Below the pieces are notes generated by a model, which was not told the DNA's origin, ran no database searches, and saw nothing but the letters and a program-made list of their open reading frames with translations. A DNA stretch of 59,135 bases, from positions 1-59,135 of IMG/VR virus record IMGVR_UViG_3300037455_000543. The stretch is one strand, 5' to 3'. The stretch comes from a virus. Its lineage: Duplodnaviria; Heunggongvirae; Uroviricota; Caudoviricetes. Numbering within the stretch: the stretch's first letter is position 1; every line of letters starts with the position of its first letter. This document shows positions 25,964 through 36,669 of this stretch, piece by piece. Position numbers and translations under genes: made by a program.

Positions 25964-26458
25964 ATGTTAAAAGATAGTTTAAAGATACCAGTGGATAATA
26001 ACGAGTGTGACCGAACTAATTATATAGTTAACGGTTTCTTTTATATAATGCAATATAAAGCGTCATCAGATGTTTCAACCAAGGAAGGTTTTGACCGTGC
26101 ACCAGTTATATATTGCTTTATGCCAGATGATAAGAACATAAACTGTTTCTGGGGAATAAATTTTCATTATTTCAATACAGATATACAAGAATTGATTTTT
26201 ACTAATATGCTGAAATACTATAATATAATGGAACATAACGATAAGAGAGTTATATTATCACCTGAACAACTTAATAAAATTTATACAAATATCGGTATAG
26301 GCGCAAGATGTTATAGCAGAAAGAATGTTCTGGATGCATATAGGATAAAGAATCAATACATTCCAAAATATTTGAATTTTGATTCAGAGTTCTATATCAA
26401 GAATAAGGATTTAATAGGCATAGAGTTTAATTTGGCACCGGGTAATAAAGGATTTTAA
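25964..26458 (+). CDS. DNA end protector-like protein (T4 gp2-like)
   Basis: FDRAPVI..FWGINFHY..RCY; late promoter. Confidence 0.6.
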   Translation: MLKDSLKIPVDNNECDRTNYIVNGFFYIMQYKASSDVSTKEGFDRAPVIYCFMPDDKNINCFWGINFHYFNTDIQELIFTNMLKYYNIMEHNDKRVILSPEQLNKIYTNIGIGARCYSRKNVLDAYRIKNQYIPKYLNFDSEFYIKNKDLIGIEFNLAPGNKGF

Positions 26459-26459
26459 T

Positions 26460-26762
26460 TTGAATTACGAAAAAATTTATTGGGATATTATTTTTAGAGC
26501 ACAAAAACGTAACAATAATTTAATACTTGAAGTTGAACGACATCATATTATACCTCGTAGCGAGGGAGGTTCTTCCAAGAAAACAAATCTTGTCGAACTG
26601 ACGATGAAAGAACATTTCATAGTTCATAAGTTATTGATTAAAATGGGAAAGTGCTTAAAGTATTGTTATAGACATTTGAATTCCAGTAGGGAGTATGTAA
26701 GGGAAAAACGAAAAGAACGAAAGAAGAAAGGCCTATATTATGAGGAGCCTACGGAGTTATAA
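26460..26762 (+). CDS. HNH homing endonuclease (short)
   Basis: NYEKIY..ERHHIIPRSEGG..NLVELT..EHFIVHKLL. Confidence 0.8.
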   Translation: MNYEKIYWDIIFRAQKRNNNLILEVERHHIIPRSEGGSSKKTNLVELTMKEHFIVHKLLIKMGKCLKYCYRHLNSSREYVREKRKERKKKGLYYEEPTEL

Positions 26763-26866
26763 ATTATGCAGCTTATTTATTAGATTAAAAAAACTAAATA
26801 AATTTTACAAAGTATTGCAGTCAGCAATACTTTTCTATATTTAATGTAAAAATAAGGAAACGTAAA

Positions 26867-27703
26867 ATGAAAGTATTAATATTTGATATATCAAACTTAA
26901 TGATGCGTTGTCTTTTTGCACAAAAAGTGGATCCAGCAGAAAAGCGCTTTGATTTATTCAAGCTCACATTTATCGGATCATTTACAAAGGCATTAAAACA
27001 ACATACGCCAGACAGGGTTATATGGGTAGAAGATTCGGATAGTTGGCGAAAAGAACTTTGCCCAGATTATAAGGCAAACCGTGCAGCAAAGAGAGAGCAA
27101 TCGGTAGTTAACTTCGATGCGTTCTTCCCAGTAGCTACCGAATTTTTCGAAAATCTTCATAAGTGTTTCAGGAATATTCCGTTTATTCGTGTGCCAAGGG
27201 CCGAGGCTGACGATTGTATAGCCACCATAGTGAAACATAAGCCGGAATGGAATATTATTAATATTTCATCTGATAAAGATTTTTACCAGTTGTTCCGTTA
27301 CCCAAATTATGCCCAGTACGATGCGGTGAAGCATGAATTTGTTCAGTGTCTTAATCCTGAACAGGCATTATTGCTTAAGATTATTACTGGCGACAAATCT
27401 GACAATATTCCTGGCTTACAGCGTGGTGTCGGTCCAGTTAAGGCATTGAAGATTATTAATGAAGATGTCGACGCCTGGGTAGAAAAAGAGAAACTGAAAG
27501 AAAAATATGAGCTTAATACAAAATTAATCTCATTCAACTGTATACCTAAGGAAATCGAACTTGAAATTCTCAAGGAACTTGATTCATTCGAATATCAGGA
27601 ATTCGATACAAAGGCATATTTCAAGTTTGTCCAAATGAATGGCTTGGTTGAACTCATGGACACTATGACAGAATTTACAAACTTAATTAAAGGACTCAAG
27701 TAA
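26867..27703 (+). CDS. rnh: RNase H / 5'-3' exonuclease (T4 rnh-like)
   Basis: WRK..YKANR, EADD, ISSDKDFYQL, GDKSDNIPG. Confidence 0.9.
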   Translation: MKVLIFDISNLMMRCLFAQKVDPAEKRFDLFKLTFIGSFTKALKQHTPDRVIWVEDSDSWRKELCPDYKANRAAKREQSVVNFDAFFPVATEFFENLHKCFRNIPFIRVPRAEADDCIATIVKHKPEWNIINISSDKDFYQLFRYPNYAQYDAVKHEFVQCLNPEQALLLKIITGDKSDNIPGLQRGVGPVKALKIINEDVDAWVEKEKLKEKYELNTKLISFNCIPKEIELEILKELDSFEYQEFDTKAYFKFVQMNGLVELMDTMTEFTNLIKGLK

Positions 27704-28317
27704 TGTACACAAAAGAAATATACGAGATTGACGATATTATTAAACTATTTAAAAGCAAACTCGATATTGATGAATTGAAAGCTAGACTAATAAAACATCC
27801 ATTAAACGAAGGCAAAGGTTCAACAAAAACTGGCGAAAAGGAGGAACGAGAATATATAAGCACTGTTCCAGAGCTTAATTTTGTCCATGCAAACGACATT
27901 ATTAGCAATGACCCAAATGTGCACCTGGCATCATATAATCAGTATGAAGGCGATATAATTTATTGTGAAGATAAAGAATCACTTACGGATATGGCAGCAT
28001 TGAAGGACGCAAATACGATTAATTTCGATATTAAGATTTCATCAAGAGCACCACTGGTAGAAGAGAATTCACCATATCCTAAATGGTTCGTAGGATGTAT
28101 AACAAAAGATTCACTTAAAGGATTCGGCGCACCAAATCATTTCTATCTTTCGTTCTCGAAAAATTGTGATACTTGTGTAATTGGTGATTCATATTTAATT
28201 AAAAGAGATATTCAGCATAGTCAACTTCATTATAAATACACAAAGTCAAACGAAGCATTTATAACGTTTAATCAGATGACAGAAGGCGTGCACTGGAAAT
28301 ATCTGTATAAGAGGTAA
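27703..28317 (+). CDS. Hypothetical protein (possible PD-(D/E)xK nuclease)
   Basis: GDII..FDIKIS weak motif. Confidence 0.45.
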   Translation: MYTKEIYEIDDIIKLFKSKLDIDELKARLIKHPLNEGKGSTKTGEKEEREYISTVPELNFVHANDIISNDPNVHLASYNQYEGDIIYCEDKESLTDMAALKDANTINFDIKISSRAPLVEENSPYPKWFVGCITKDSLKGFGAPNHFYLSFSKNCDTCVIGDSYLIKRDIQHSQLHYKYTKSNEAFITFNQMTEGVHWKYLYKR

Positions 28318-28826
28318 TGATGAGCAATATAAACTATAGCATGATTGTAGCAGTTTCCGATAACAATGTAATCGGTAAGAATGGCGATATGCCATGGCAT
28401 TTGAAAACAGACTTGCAAAGATTCAAGAAGTTAACCGACGGTCATTGCATTATCATGGGACGAAAATGCTATGAATCTATTGGTAGACCATTGCCAAATA
28501 GAACAAATATTGTAGTATCGTCTAACCAGGACTTGGAGATACCAGGATGCATAGTCAAGCCTTCTTTACAATTTGCTGCAGACTATGCTAATTCCAAGAA
28601 TGACTTAACTCCCTTTATTATTGGCGGTGGAACTCTTTATAGGCAAGCAATAAACCTTGTAAATTACCTATATCTCACAAAGGTTCATACGACGATTCTG
28701 GACGGAGATACGTTCTTCCCTGATATCAATATGGATCAATGGGAAATACTGTCCCAGGAAGAGTTTAAAGCAGATAAAGACAACGATTTCGATACTACTT
28801 ATATGGTTTTAAAAAGAAAGCGTTAG
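28317..28826 (+). CDS. frd: Dihydrofolate reductase
   Basis: IGKNGDMPWHLKTDLQRFK, MGRKCYESIGRPLPNR, IIGGG, GDTFFP. Confidence 0.95.
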   Translation: MMSNINYSMIVAVSDNNVIGKNGDMPWHLKTDLQRFKKLTDGHCIIMGRKCYESIGRPLPNRTNIVVSSNQDLEIPGCIVKPSLQFAADYANSKNDLTPFIIGGGTLYRQAINLVNYLYLTKVHTTILDGDTFFPDINMDQWEILSQEEFKADKDNDFDTTYMVLKRKR

Positions 28827-28845
28827 CTTTTGATATAAATAGTAT

Positions 28846-29181
28846 ATGATAGTTAATTTTAAAGAAGTCGATAAGAAAATTGAAAAAATCTTAAACATAT
28901 TGGTCTCCAAAGGATTCTCGTATGAGATTTTTTCGGAAAAAAGGTTTAATATAATTGATAACAACGTAAATTTCGCAGAAAAGAGAAATATCGGCGTTAT
29001 TACTCAATATAATGATGGTAAGATTTCTGTTAGAATCTATGGCCATAAGAATCGTCATAAGCTAAAAGATATCATGAAAGTCAATGAAGTAATAATCAAG
29101 CCTTCTGAAGGTGTATCTGATGCCTCTTCTAAGACAACAAAGTTAGTTAATCATTACATTAAATCCGTAAAATCATTATAA
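28846..29181 (+). CDS. Hypothetical late protein
   Basis: TATAAATA upstream. Confidence 0.7.
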   Translation: MIVNFKEVDKKIEKILNILVSKGFSYEIFSEKRFNIIDNNVNFAEKRNIGVITQYNDGKISVRIYGHKNRHKLKDIMKVNEVIIKPSEGVSDASSKTTKLVNHYIKSVKSL

Positions 29182-29212
29182 ATAATATAAAGAAATTAGG
29201 AGATTAATTACT

Positions 29213-29599
29213 ATGGACTTTAAACAGCAATTTAAAGAATATTACGAAAAGAAGCTTCAGGAAGACATCGAATTAGCACAGAGATCTGCAGCTGAACAGA
29301 GCTATCAGACTCAGGCTATGAATAGTTCTCTTGATACTATTGTCATGAAATATGTTGGCAATGGCGACATTAAGGAAGGCCTCAAGCAGCTTGCTACTGA
29401 TCTTGGTACTGCCATTTATAACTACATTATTTCTGACAAGTATGTGCAGGATGAATTGTTCAATGCACCGGATGACAAGGCTAAGTATGTTAACTTGATG
29501 ACTCAGAAGATTCAGCAGGGTGCTAATGCTACTCTCGTTGACCTCCTCCGTCACATGGCTATCGATATTTCCAACGCAAAGAACAGTATTACTAAGTAA
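29213..29599 (+). CDS. Hypothetical late (likely virion) protein
   Basis: TATAAATA, SD AGGAG. Confidence 0.7.
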   Translation: MDFKQQFKEYYEKKLQEDIELAQRSAAEQSYQTQAMNSSLDTIVMKYVGNGDIKEGLKQLATDLGTAIYNYIISDKYVQDELFNAPDDKAKYVNLMTQKIQQGANATLVDLLRHMAIDISNAKNSITK

Positions 29600-30220
29600 T
29601 ATTCAAAATAATCTTATAAATAAACGGTGTAAAAACCGTTTATTTTTTCTATATTTGTAAACAGTGTTTTATAAACCGATGGTGAATATACTAGATAAAT
29701 GCAATTATATTAAGCTGTCAGCTCTCTTCTATATGAAGCCTATAAAAAATGGCGAGCTGATTGGTGATTATATATTTGTAGACTTATATAGGAACAAGAT
29801 AGATCTATTGTCTGTCAAGGATAAGTTCCTATGTTTTAGTTGTAAACCGAAGATAATTAAAAAAGAATATAAGTTTTTTACGTTTTCTGAATTTAAAAGG
29901 TTAGTAGCACGTAACGAAACTGCAATAAATGAATTTATAGATAAATATATAGACTGGGAGAATAAGCATGAATCCTTATGAGCAATACATGTATAATGGT
30001 TCTTTAATTGAAAGCGTAAAAGATACCTTGCTAAAATACGGTTATGCCTATGATGAAAGACATGGCTGGTATAATGAGCACGAAAATTTGCTGAGTGAAG
30101 ACCAGAAAAGAATCGCAAAAATAGGTATCGAAAAGATGAAAAAAGCGGTTGAAGAAAATAATATATTATTGAAGACTCTTAATTTCTAAATTAAAAACCC
30201 CAGTTGACTGGGGTTATTTT

Positions 30221-30688
30221 TTATGCATTAGTTACTGTAATTTTCATCAGTTTCTTTTTATTGTTGTCAAGGTCGTCCGAACCCCAATGTTTTTCGCCTC
30301 CTGCAAAAAGTTCAAGACATTTATCAGCCATACCTGCTTTGAATCTACTTATACCGCTGCAACGCCATATACCTCTAATGAAATCGTCAGATTCTTCTCT
30401 GGTGAATATTCCTACACCCTTTAATGTATACAGACAGTCATGAACAATGGCACCACAGTTATACTTCATGTTCTTTGTGTCCCATTTCGGAAGGAACCAA
30501 GTAAATGCTGACGGGATAGATGCACCGTCAGTTCTGAATCCTTTTTCCAATTTGAGATTCAGCTTGTAGGTCTTGTTATTCTTGGTGTATGTAACAATAA
30601 TCGTAGCCGGATTTACAAATGTATAAATTCCGTCTTGCTTGCTGGTCGTTATCTTTGAGTAGTTGACGCTCTTTACTGTAATTGCCAT
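30221..30688 (-). CDS. DUF1353 family protein
   Basis: GFRTDGASIP..AIVHDCLY..REESD. Confidence 0.8.
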   Translation of the reverse strand: MAITVKSVNYSKITTSKQDGIYTFVNPATIIVTYTKNNKTYKLNLKLEKGFRTDGASIPSAFTWFLPKWDTKNMKYNCGAIVHDCLYTLKGVGIFTREESDDFIRGIWRCSGISRFKAGMADKCLELFAGGEKHWGSDDLDNNKKKLMKITVTNA

Positions 30689-30735
30689 AATATACCTCCT
30701 TTGTGGCCCTATATATTATTTATTATAAATAGAAT

Positions 30736-31266
30736 ATGATGAATTTTCAAGATTATAAGAAACAGTATGAGCGTTATCTTAACTTGGTAGTCAAGTATCT
30801 TCAAACTTACCTATTGATGACATATCTAAATAACTACAATGTATTCTATGATGAACATGGTAAGAAAAATCCAAAATATCATCAAGCAGTAAAGTTCTTG
30901 GAATACATGTTCAAGGATGCTTATGTAGATAGAACGATGGATAACTTGTTGACTAAGCAAGGTTCAGCTGTATCTAAAAATCCTTATGTAAAAAACGAAT
31001 ATCCATACTATCATTTCTTTGACCCGACACATCTTGACCAGATATTCTTGGCACAGGGTTTAATAGAAAAGACATGGTATAAGTTTAGACAATTTATTGA
31101 TCATGATTATTTTAGGTTTATCGAAAAATGCATGGCTGACTATAAAAATGCTGAAACTTGTTATCTGGAACTTTTACCGATTCTTTGTGAATCGATTCAA
31201 CTACCGATGCAAGATGAACCTAATGGCTTAGATGTAGCAGATGAATATAATAAAAATATAAAATAA
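30736..31266 (+). CDS. Hypothetical late protein
   Basis: TATAAATA at 30724. Confidence 0.7.
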   Translation: MMNFQDYKKQYERYLNLVVKYLQTYLLMTYLNNYNVFYDEHGKKNPKYHQAVKFLEYMFKDAYVDRTMDNLLTKQGSAVSKNPYVKNEYPYYHFFDPTHLDQIFLAQGLIEKTWYKFRQFIDHDYFRFIEKCMADYKNAETCYLELLPILCESIQLPMQDEPNGLDVADEYNKNIK

Positions 31267-31685
31267 TTCAGAACTATTATAAAAGGTTTACAAGTTTATT
31301 AAAAATAACTATATTTTATATTCAAAATAGGTGAAAGTTATGATTAAAGAATTCTTTAAGAATATTTTTACAAAAAAGGCTACTGTTCTTAGTGGCCAAT
31401 GTAAAAAGATAAATGCAGAACCTGACACATATTTCTTTTATTTTACGCAGGATTCTGTAAAGAAAATTGATAAGTTTCTTGGAGACTATTTTGATTATGA
31501 CTTTTACGATGGCGGAATAGTTATTTGGCCAGAACCATATAACAAAGTATATATTCATAAGCCATACTTCTTCCCCTATAATACATATATCGTCAAATAT
31601 ATGGATATTACAGAAATAACGCTACGATGTTATTCTGAAGACGAATTTAATAAAATATACCGGATTGTTTAATCCGGTTTTTATT

Positions 31686-32831
31686 TTATTCTTGTTTTTT
31701 AACACACACTGTAAATCCGATAAATCCTACCAGATATAGAAGCCCTAGAACTAAGTATAGGCTATTGTCTGTAAATACGTTTGCTAATGTAGGGCCTAAG
31801 ATACCAGCGATTCCCCATCCAGAAAGAGTCATTGCATGGATTGTAGAAACGGATGACTGACCGAAATATTTGGACAATAAGCTCGGCAATACTGAGAAGT
31901 TTCCGCCATAAGAGAATTCACAAAGCATGATGCCAATGAGCGCAAGATATGGATTCTGTGTAAAGCAAAGGAATGCTGCAATAATACCTAACGAACATAC
32001 CCAATGATATGCCGCTTTTCTACCAATCTTGTCAGAAGCAGTAGACATTCCAAAACGACCAAGAATATTAAATATGGCAGTAGTCGACATCAATATTGCA
32101 ATTTCTTTGAAGCCAAGATTTAACAATAATCCTTTTTCTTGTGAAATCAATGCAAGACCGCAAGAAATATTAATACAGAACATCAACCATACAGAAATAT
32201 ATTTCTTACTCAAAAATATAGTGCTAACCAGGTCCTTATAAGGTATCGCAGTATAGATCGTGCTTATATAAATCGGATTTGGTTTATATAGCCATGAACA
32301 TAATGACATTATTGCTAAGAATATTCCAGACAGGATTAGGAACATATAAGGCAATGAGAAATTCGCCAACAGGTATTCAATAACCGGCGCAAATACGAAC
32401 TTGCCGAGTCCGAAACCAGTAATTGCCAAACCACTAGCTAGTCCCTTATGGTCTTCGAAATTACTTAGTAGTTGTTTTATCGGCGACGTATAGCCAATAC
32501 CTGTTCCAGTTCCCATAAATGCACATGCAATGTAATATAACGGCAGCAATACGAAGTTAGTTGCCAGGAACATTAAGAACATGCCTACTGAGAAAAGAAT
32601 AGTGGAAACGATAGCCATTCTTTTCGGGTTTAATTCGACCATTCTACCGAATGTTGCAGCACCCATTCCAAGGAAGAAAATAATGAGCATGAAGCCAATA
32701 TCGCCCTGGAATTTAGTAATGTCGAATAATTGTTGGATATTTACCGAATATTGTGAGAAATTATAAACTGTTCCCAGAGACATCGGTAAAAGAACTCCAG
32801 GAATCAGTATTTGAGTGAATCTGTTTGTCAT
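31686..32831 (-). CDS. MFS transporter, oxalate/formate antiporter (OFA)-like
   Basis: About 12 TM; GIGYTSPI..F..HKGLASGLAITGFGLG, FNILGRF..SDKIGRK, YGGNFSVLP. Confidence 0.88.
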   Translation of the reverse strand: MTNRFTQILIPGVLLPMSLGTVYNFSQYSVNIQQLFDITKFQGDIGFMLIIFFLGMGAATFGRMVELNPKRMAIVSTILFSVGMFLMFLATNFVLLPLYYIACAFMGTGTGIGYTSPIKQLLSNFEDHKGLASGLAITGFGLGKFVFAPVIEYLLANFSLPYMFLILSGIFLAIMSLCSWLYKPNPIYISTIYTAIPYKDLVSTIFLSKKYISVWLMFCINISCGLALISQEKGLLLNLGFKEIAILMSTTAIFNILGRFGMSTASDKIGRKAAYHWVCSLGIIAAFLCFTQNPYLALIGIMLCEFSYGGNFSVLPSLLSKYFGQSSVSTIHAMTLSGWGIAGILGPTLANVFTDNSLYLVLGLLYLVGFIGFTVCVKKQE

Positions 32832-32965
32832 ACAGTCTATTTATAAATAATAAAGATTAGATTATGAATGTTAAGACAGAAATAAAAATAATGAATATTT
32901 TAATAACTGTTATGTCGATAGCTATTATTGCTGGCTTAATATTTTTATTTTGTAGGTCCTAATAT

Positions 32966-33868
32966 ATGTTAATAGATCAGATTCGCCATATTGCAGAAGA
33001 ATCGGGCATTGATTTGCCTGTGGAACTTGCTCTTGTAAGATTAGCCGAAGCAGGTTATCTAATATACGATAAAGACGAAAATCTTTTAAACGAAGGTATT
33101 TTGAAGAAAGCATTAGGTGTTGGAGCACTTGCTGCGGGTTTAGCTTTTGGCAATAGTAATGTAGCTCAGAAAGAAGTACAAGATGATTCATTTGGCAAAG
33201 GGTCAAAGGTTCATGTTCAGTTAAGAAAAGATTTGCCGCATGACAAATATGGCGTTCCGACCAGTTATACAGTAAAAGATAAGTCTGTTGTTAAAGGAAT
33301 GAGCCTTAAAGATGAAATCGAATTGACCAAAAAGAAAATTCTTTCCACTCCGGATTCGATGTTGAAAAAGGAAGGAAAAGAAAATGTCGATAAGATAGCT
33401 AAATATATTACTACGACAGCTAACAAATATAATATTGACGTCGATATCCTTTTGGCTATGGCTGGAACCGAATCCAATTACAAGCATGCAGGAACGGTAA
33501 GTAACAAAGGTGCAAGAGGTATCATGCAGATTACACCGATTGCTGCGAAGGATGCACATGTAAGATTACAAGGTGGTTCAGAAAAGACGTTCGATTTCGA
33601 TGACATGTTGGACCTCAAGAAAAATATCGATGTCGCAGGTCGTAAACTAGCTGACCTTTCTAAGACCCATAATAATGTCATTGAAATGATGCTCGCTGCT
33701 TACAATGGTGGTAGGAGACAGGCTACAGCATGGAGAGCTTATAAGGCAAACTCGAAATTTGATAAGAATGGCGGTAAGGCACCAGCACTTACAAAAGAAA
33801 CTCGCCAATATGTAGAACGATGCTTGATGCTTTATAAGTTATATAAAAAGATAAATAAATCAGCATAA
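32966..33868 (+). CDS. Lytic transglycosylase (SLT domain)
   Basis: AMAGTESNY, GARGIMQITP, LAAYNGG, ETRQYV. Confidence 0.88.
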   Translation: MLIDQIRHIAEESGIDLPVELALVRLAEAGYLIYDKDENLLNEGILKKALGVGALAAGLAFGNSNVAQKEVQDDSFGKGSKVHVQLRKDLPHDKYGVPTSYTVKDKSVVKGMSLKDEIELTKKKILSTPDSMLKKEGKENVDKIAKYITTTANKYNIDVDILLAMAGTESNYKHAGTVSNKGARGIMQITPIAAKDAHVRLQGGSEKTFDFDDMLDLKKNIDVAGRKLADLSKTHNNVIEMMLAAYNGGRRQATAWRAYKANSKFDKNGGKAPALTKETRQYVERCLMLYKLYKKINKSA

Positions 33869-33933
33869 AAATAATAGACGGGTTTACGAAACCCGTTTTC
33901 TTTTCTATATTTTAAATGTTATAGAGGAATATT

Positions 33934-35792
33934 ATGTCAAATTTACATGATGAAAATGTTATTCTTGTTGGACGTCTTGAGGCACTTTCCGCAGATCATG
34001 AACGTGTATGTGAAGAGAACAATGACCTCAAAAATCAAATTGTCGCACTTAAAGAAGGCGCAGTAATAAAGGTAAGTGCATGTCCAGAAGTAATCTTTAC
34101 TAAACAGGAACTTATCGATCTCATTATGCGACAGGCTATTGCATGGGCCAAGAAATTCAATATCAAGGTTGATTCATATAAGACCGAAGGAACTAAGACT
34201 ACACTTGTATTAGATACCGAGGAAACTAACTAATGGGTTTAACAGAATTTGCAGTATGGCGTTTCCGTAATGCTGAAGGCGTTATGGACTATGTTCAGTC
34301 GTGGAATGCGACCGAATGTATTTTGAATGTCAATAATGTGCATATTAAGATTGTATATGACTACACCAATGAGATTGCAAAGGTCAGCAATCTTGATGAT
34401 TCGTTGATGTTTGATACGGCTATTCCTTTTAAGGACTTTGTTAGCACATTAACCGCTATGGGTTATTATAAGGAAAGAACAGTTAACCGTCATGCATTGA
34501 GCTATAAGGATAGAAAAGATTAATGAGTTATCAACTTGATAGATATGTTGCTGTCAGGAGCGTGTTCCAATATATTACAGGATTGTCAGACCCGACTTTC
34601 TGTAATAAGACTACGTATAAAGAAAACAAAGATTCTTTAGCTTTGTGGTTGTCTGTAAAGGAACCTGAAACGAATAAGCAGTTAGACTACTATTATGCGT
34701 TCGGTGATTCCCAAGTGCATAGATATGTTGACGAAGCAGACCCTAGGGTAATGACAACGGACAGTAAAAAACTTGAAAGCCATATACTGATGGATATTAA
34801 TGATTTTGTAAAAGGAAAGACAATAGCATGATTGCGACCGAAGAAGTTGAATCTACGATTAATCGCTGTAACCTCATCGTAAATAATAGCGATTCAGCCG
34901 TGGAACGTTTTATTGCCGTTCAAACTATTCAGGCACTCGGTCAAATATTACAGGGTGTTAAGCAGCTTGAAGGACATCCAAAACTAGAAGACATGGCTTC
35001 TGAATTTTTTAAAGACGAGGTGAATAATGACAATACTTGATTTGTTTAGAAAGGTGTTTGGCTGTTACCATGATAACAGTATGGATATTCAGGAACCGGA
35101 AATTCCAGAATCACATGTCCTTGATATGAGTGATGTTAATGACTTGTGCCATCAGATTATCGACAAGCTCGAAAATGAGCGGAAGACTGCAATCGGTAAT
35201 ATTGTTTCTGCAGTAATTGCTCATAAGGAAAAGGGATTTATTTCCTATACTGAAGAAGCTATGGACCAGGTAACTGGCGGAAAGTACAAATTTATTAAAT
35301 ACAGAAAATAACAAAAAGCACGCAATATTCGACATAAATACAACAAGATTTTTAAATAGGAGAGTTTTTATGTCGAAATATTACACAGAACGTTGCGAAT
35401 TTGACGAAGATGTTGATGCCGATGAAATTTATGAAAATATTATTTCCGATATCGAAAATAATAGAGATGAAAGAGTAAATTGGCGCCAAGCTAAATCAGT
35501 TCTCAAATACATAAAGGAATCTATTGATGATGGCGTCAATTCAGACGAAATCTATGAGACTGCCATGCATCAGTTAGATGAACTTGAACTTTAACTTATG
35601 GATTTTATAAAAGATACATTATATTACGGGGTGATTCTCGGTTTTGTCGAAATTTTCCTCATGGTAATATCCTCAATAAGTTTTAAATTAAATACGAGTG
35701 ACCCAGTAGAAACGGTTTACTCGTTTTTAAAATTTATACTTATTTTCTTGGGCTTAAATATTGTATTTATCGGTATATTAAATTATAGGTGA
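33934..35792 (+). other. Operon of seven small hypothetical ORFs
   Basis: Closely spaced ORFs, several stop/start-coupled (33934, 34233, 34523, 34828, 35027, 35370, 35598), after promoter TTTACG-17-TATATT. Confidence 0.65.
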
Positions 35793-35796
35793 TGAC

Positions 35797-36564
35797 ATGG
35801 CAGAAAAAATAAGAAAGATAGATTTTACAGCAGTTGTATGTAGTTATAAGGCGCATCGTGCATTCAAACTCTGTTTGCACCAACTTGCAAGATATGGTTT
35901 TACAAAGGATAATCTTATTATATCCGAAAACAGTCCGGCATATTTTAACAGCAACAGGGAACTGCTTAACAAATATAATATTCCGTTTATCAATAATCCG
36001 GATGCTAACCTTACTGATGCACTTAATAATGTCCTTCCACAAGTCAAGACTAAGTATGCTTTAATTCTTGACAGTGATACATTCTGTGTAATCGATCCGA
36101 TTAAGGTTTTTGAAAATGTAAAGAAGCATAATTTGCAGCTTTATGGTGATATTTCTAATAATCGTGGTGGATTTAAGACTCATAAGCGTGTAAATCCCTG
36201 GTATTGCTTTGTCGATGTTGATTTCTTGAAGAAAAATAAGATTCTATTCAATGACAATGAACGTATTGTAGCATCCAATTCAGTTTCAATGGTCGACAGG
36301 AACCACTTTATGGATGGAAAAAATCCAAATGTCATATATTATGATGCTGGTTCAACGATGTTCGAAGATGTTCAAACTGCTGGCGGTGTCGTAGGTGATA
36401 TTGGCGAATACTTGCCCTATATTCATATAGGTGCAGCAAGCTGGCAAGATATGATGAAAAATCCAGAATTTGTAGCAAAAAATGATAATTGGATTGATTT
36501 ATTGTATGGTAAGCTATTCTTCGATGAAAAATTCATCGCTACGATGGGCGAAAACCATAAATAA
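35797..36564 (+). CDS. GT-A fold glycosyltransferase (GT2-like)
   Basis: VVCSY, VKTKYALILDSD DxD motif, YYDAG, H.GAASW. Confidence 0.75.
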   Translation: MAEKIRKIDFTAVVCSYKAHRAFKLCLHQLARYGFTKDNLIISENSPAYFNSNRELLNKYNIPFINNPDANLTDALNNVLPQVKTKYALILDSDTFCVIDPIKVFENVKKHNLQLYGDISNNRGGFKTHKRVNPWYCFVDVDFLKKNKILFNDNERIVASNSVSMVDRNHFMDGKNPNVIYYDAGSTMFEDVQTAGGVVGDIGEYLPYIHIGAASWQDMMKNPEFVAKNDNWIDLLYGKLFFDEKFIATMGENHK

Positions 36565-36669
36565 ATCATGAACATTGCGCAGACAATATAATTAAATTTT
36601 TAAAAAGGGGTTTACAATCCCTTTTTATTTGTTATATTGTATAATAGTTTAACTTTAAGGAGAAACACA

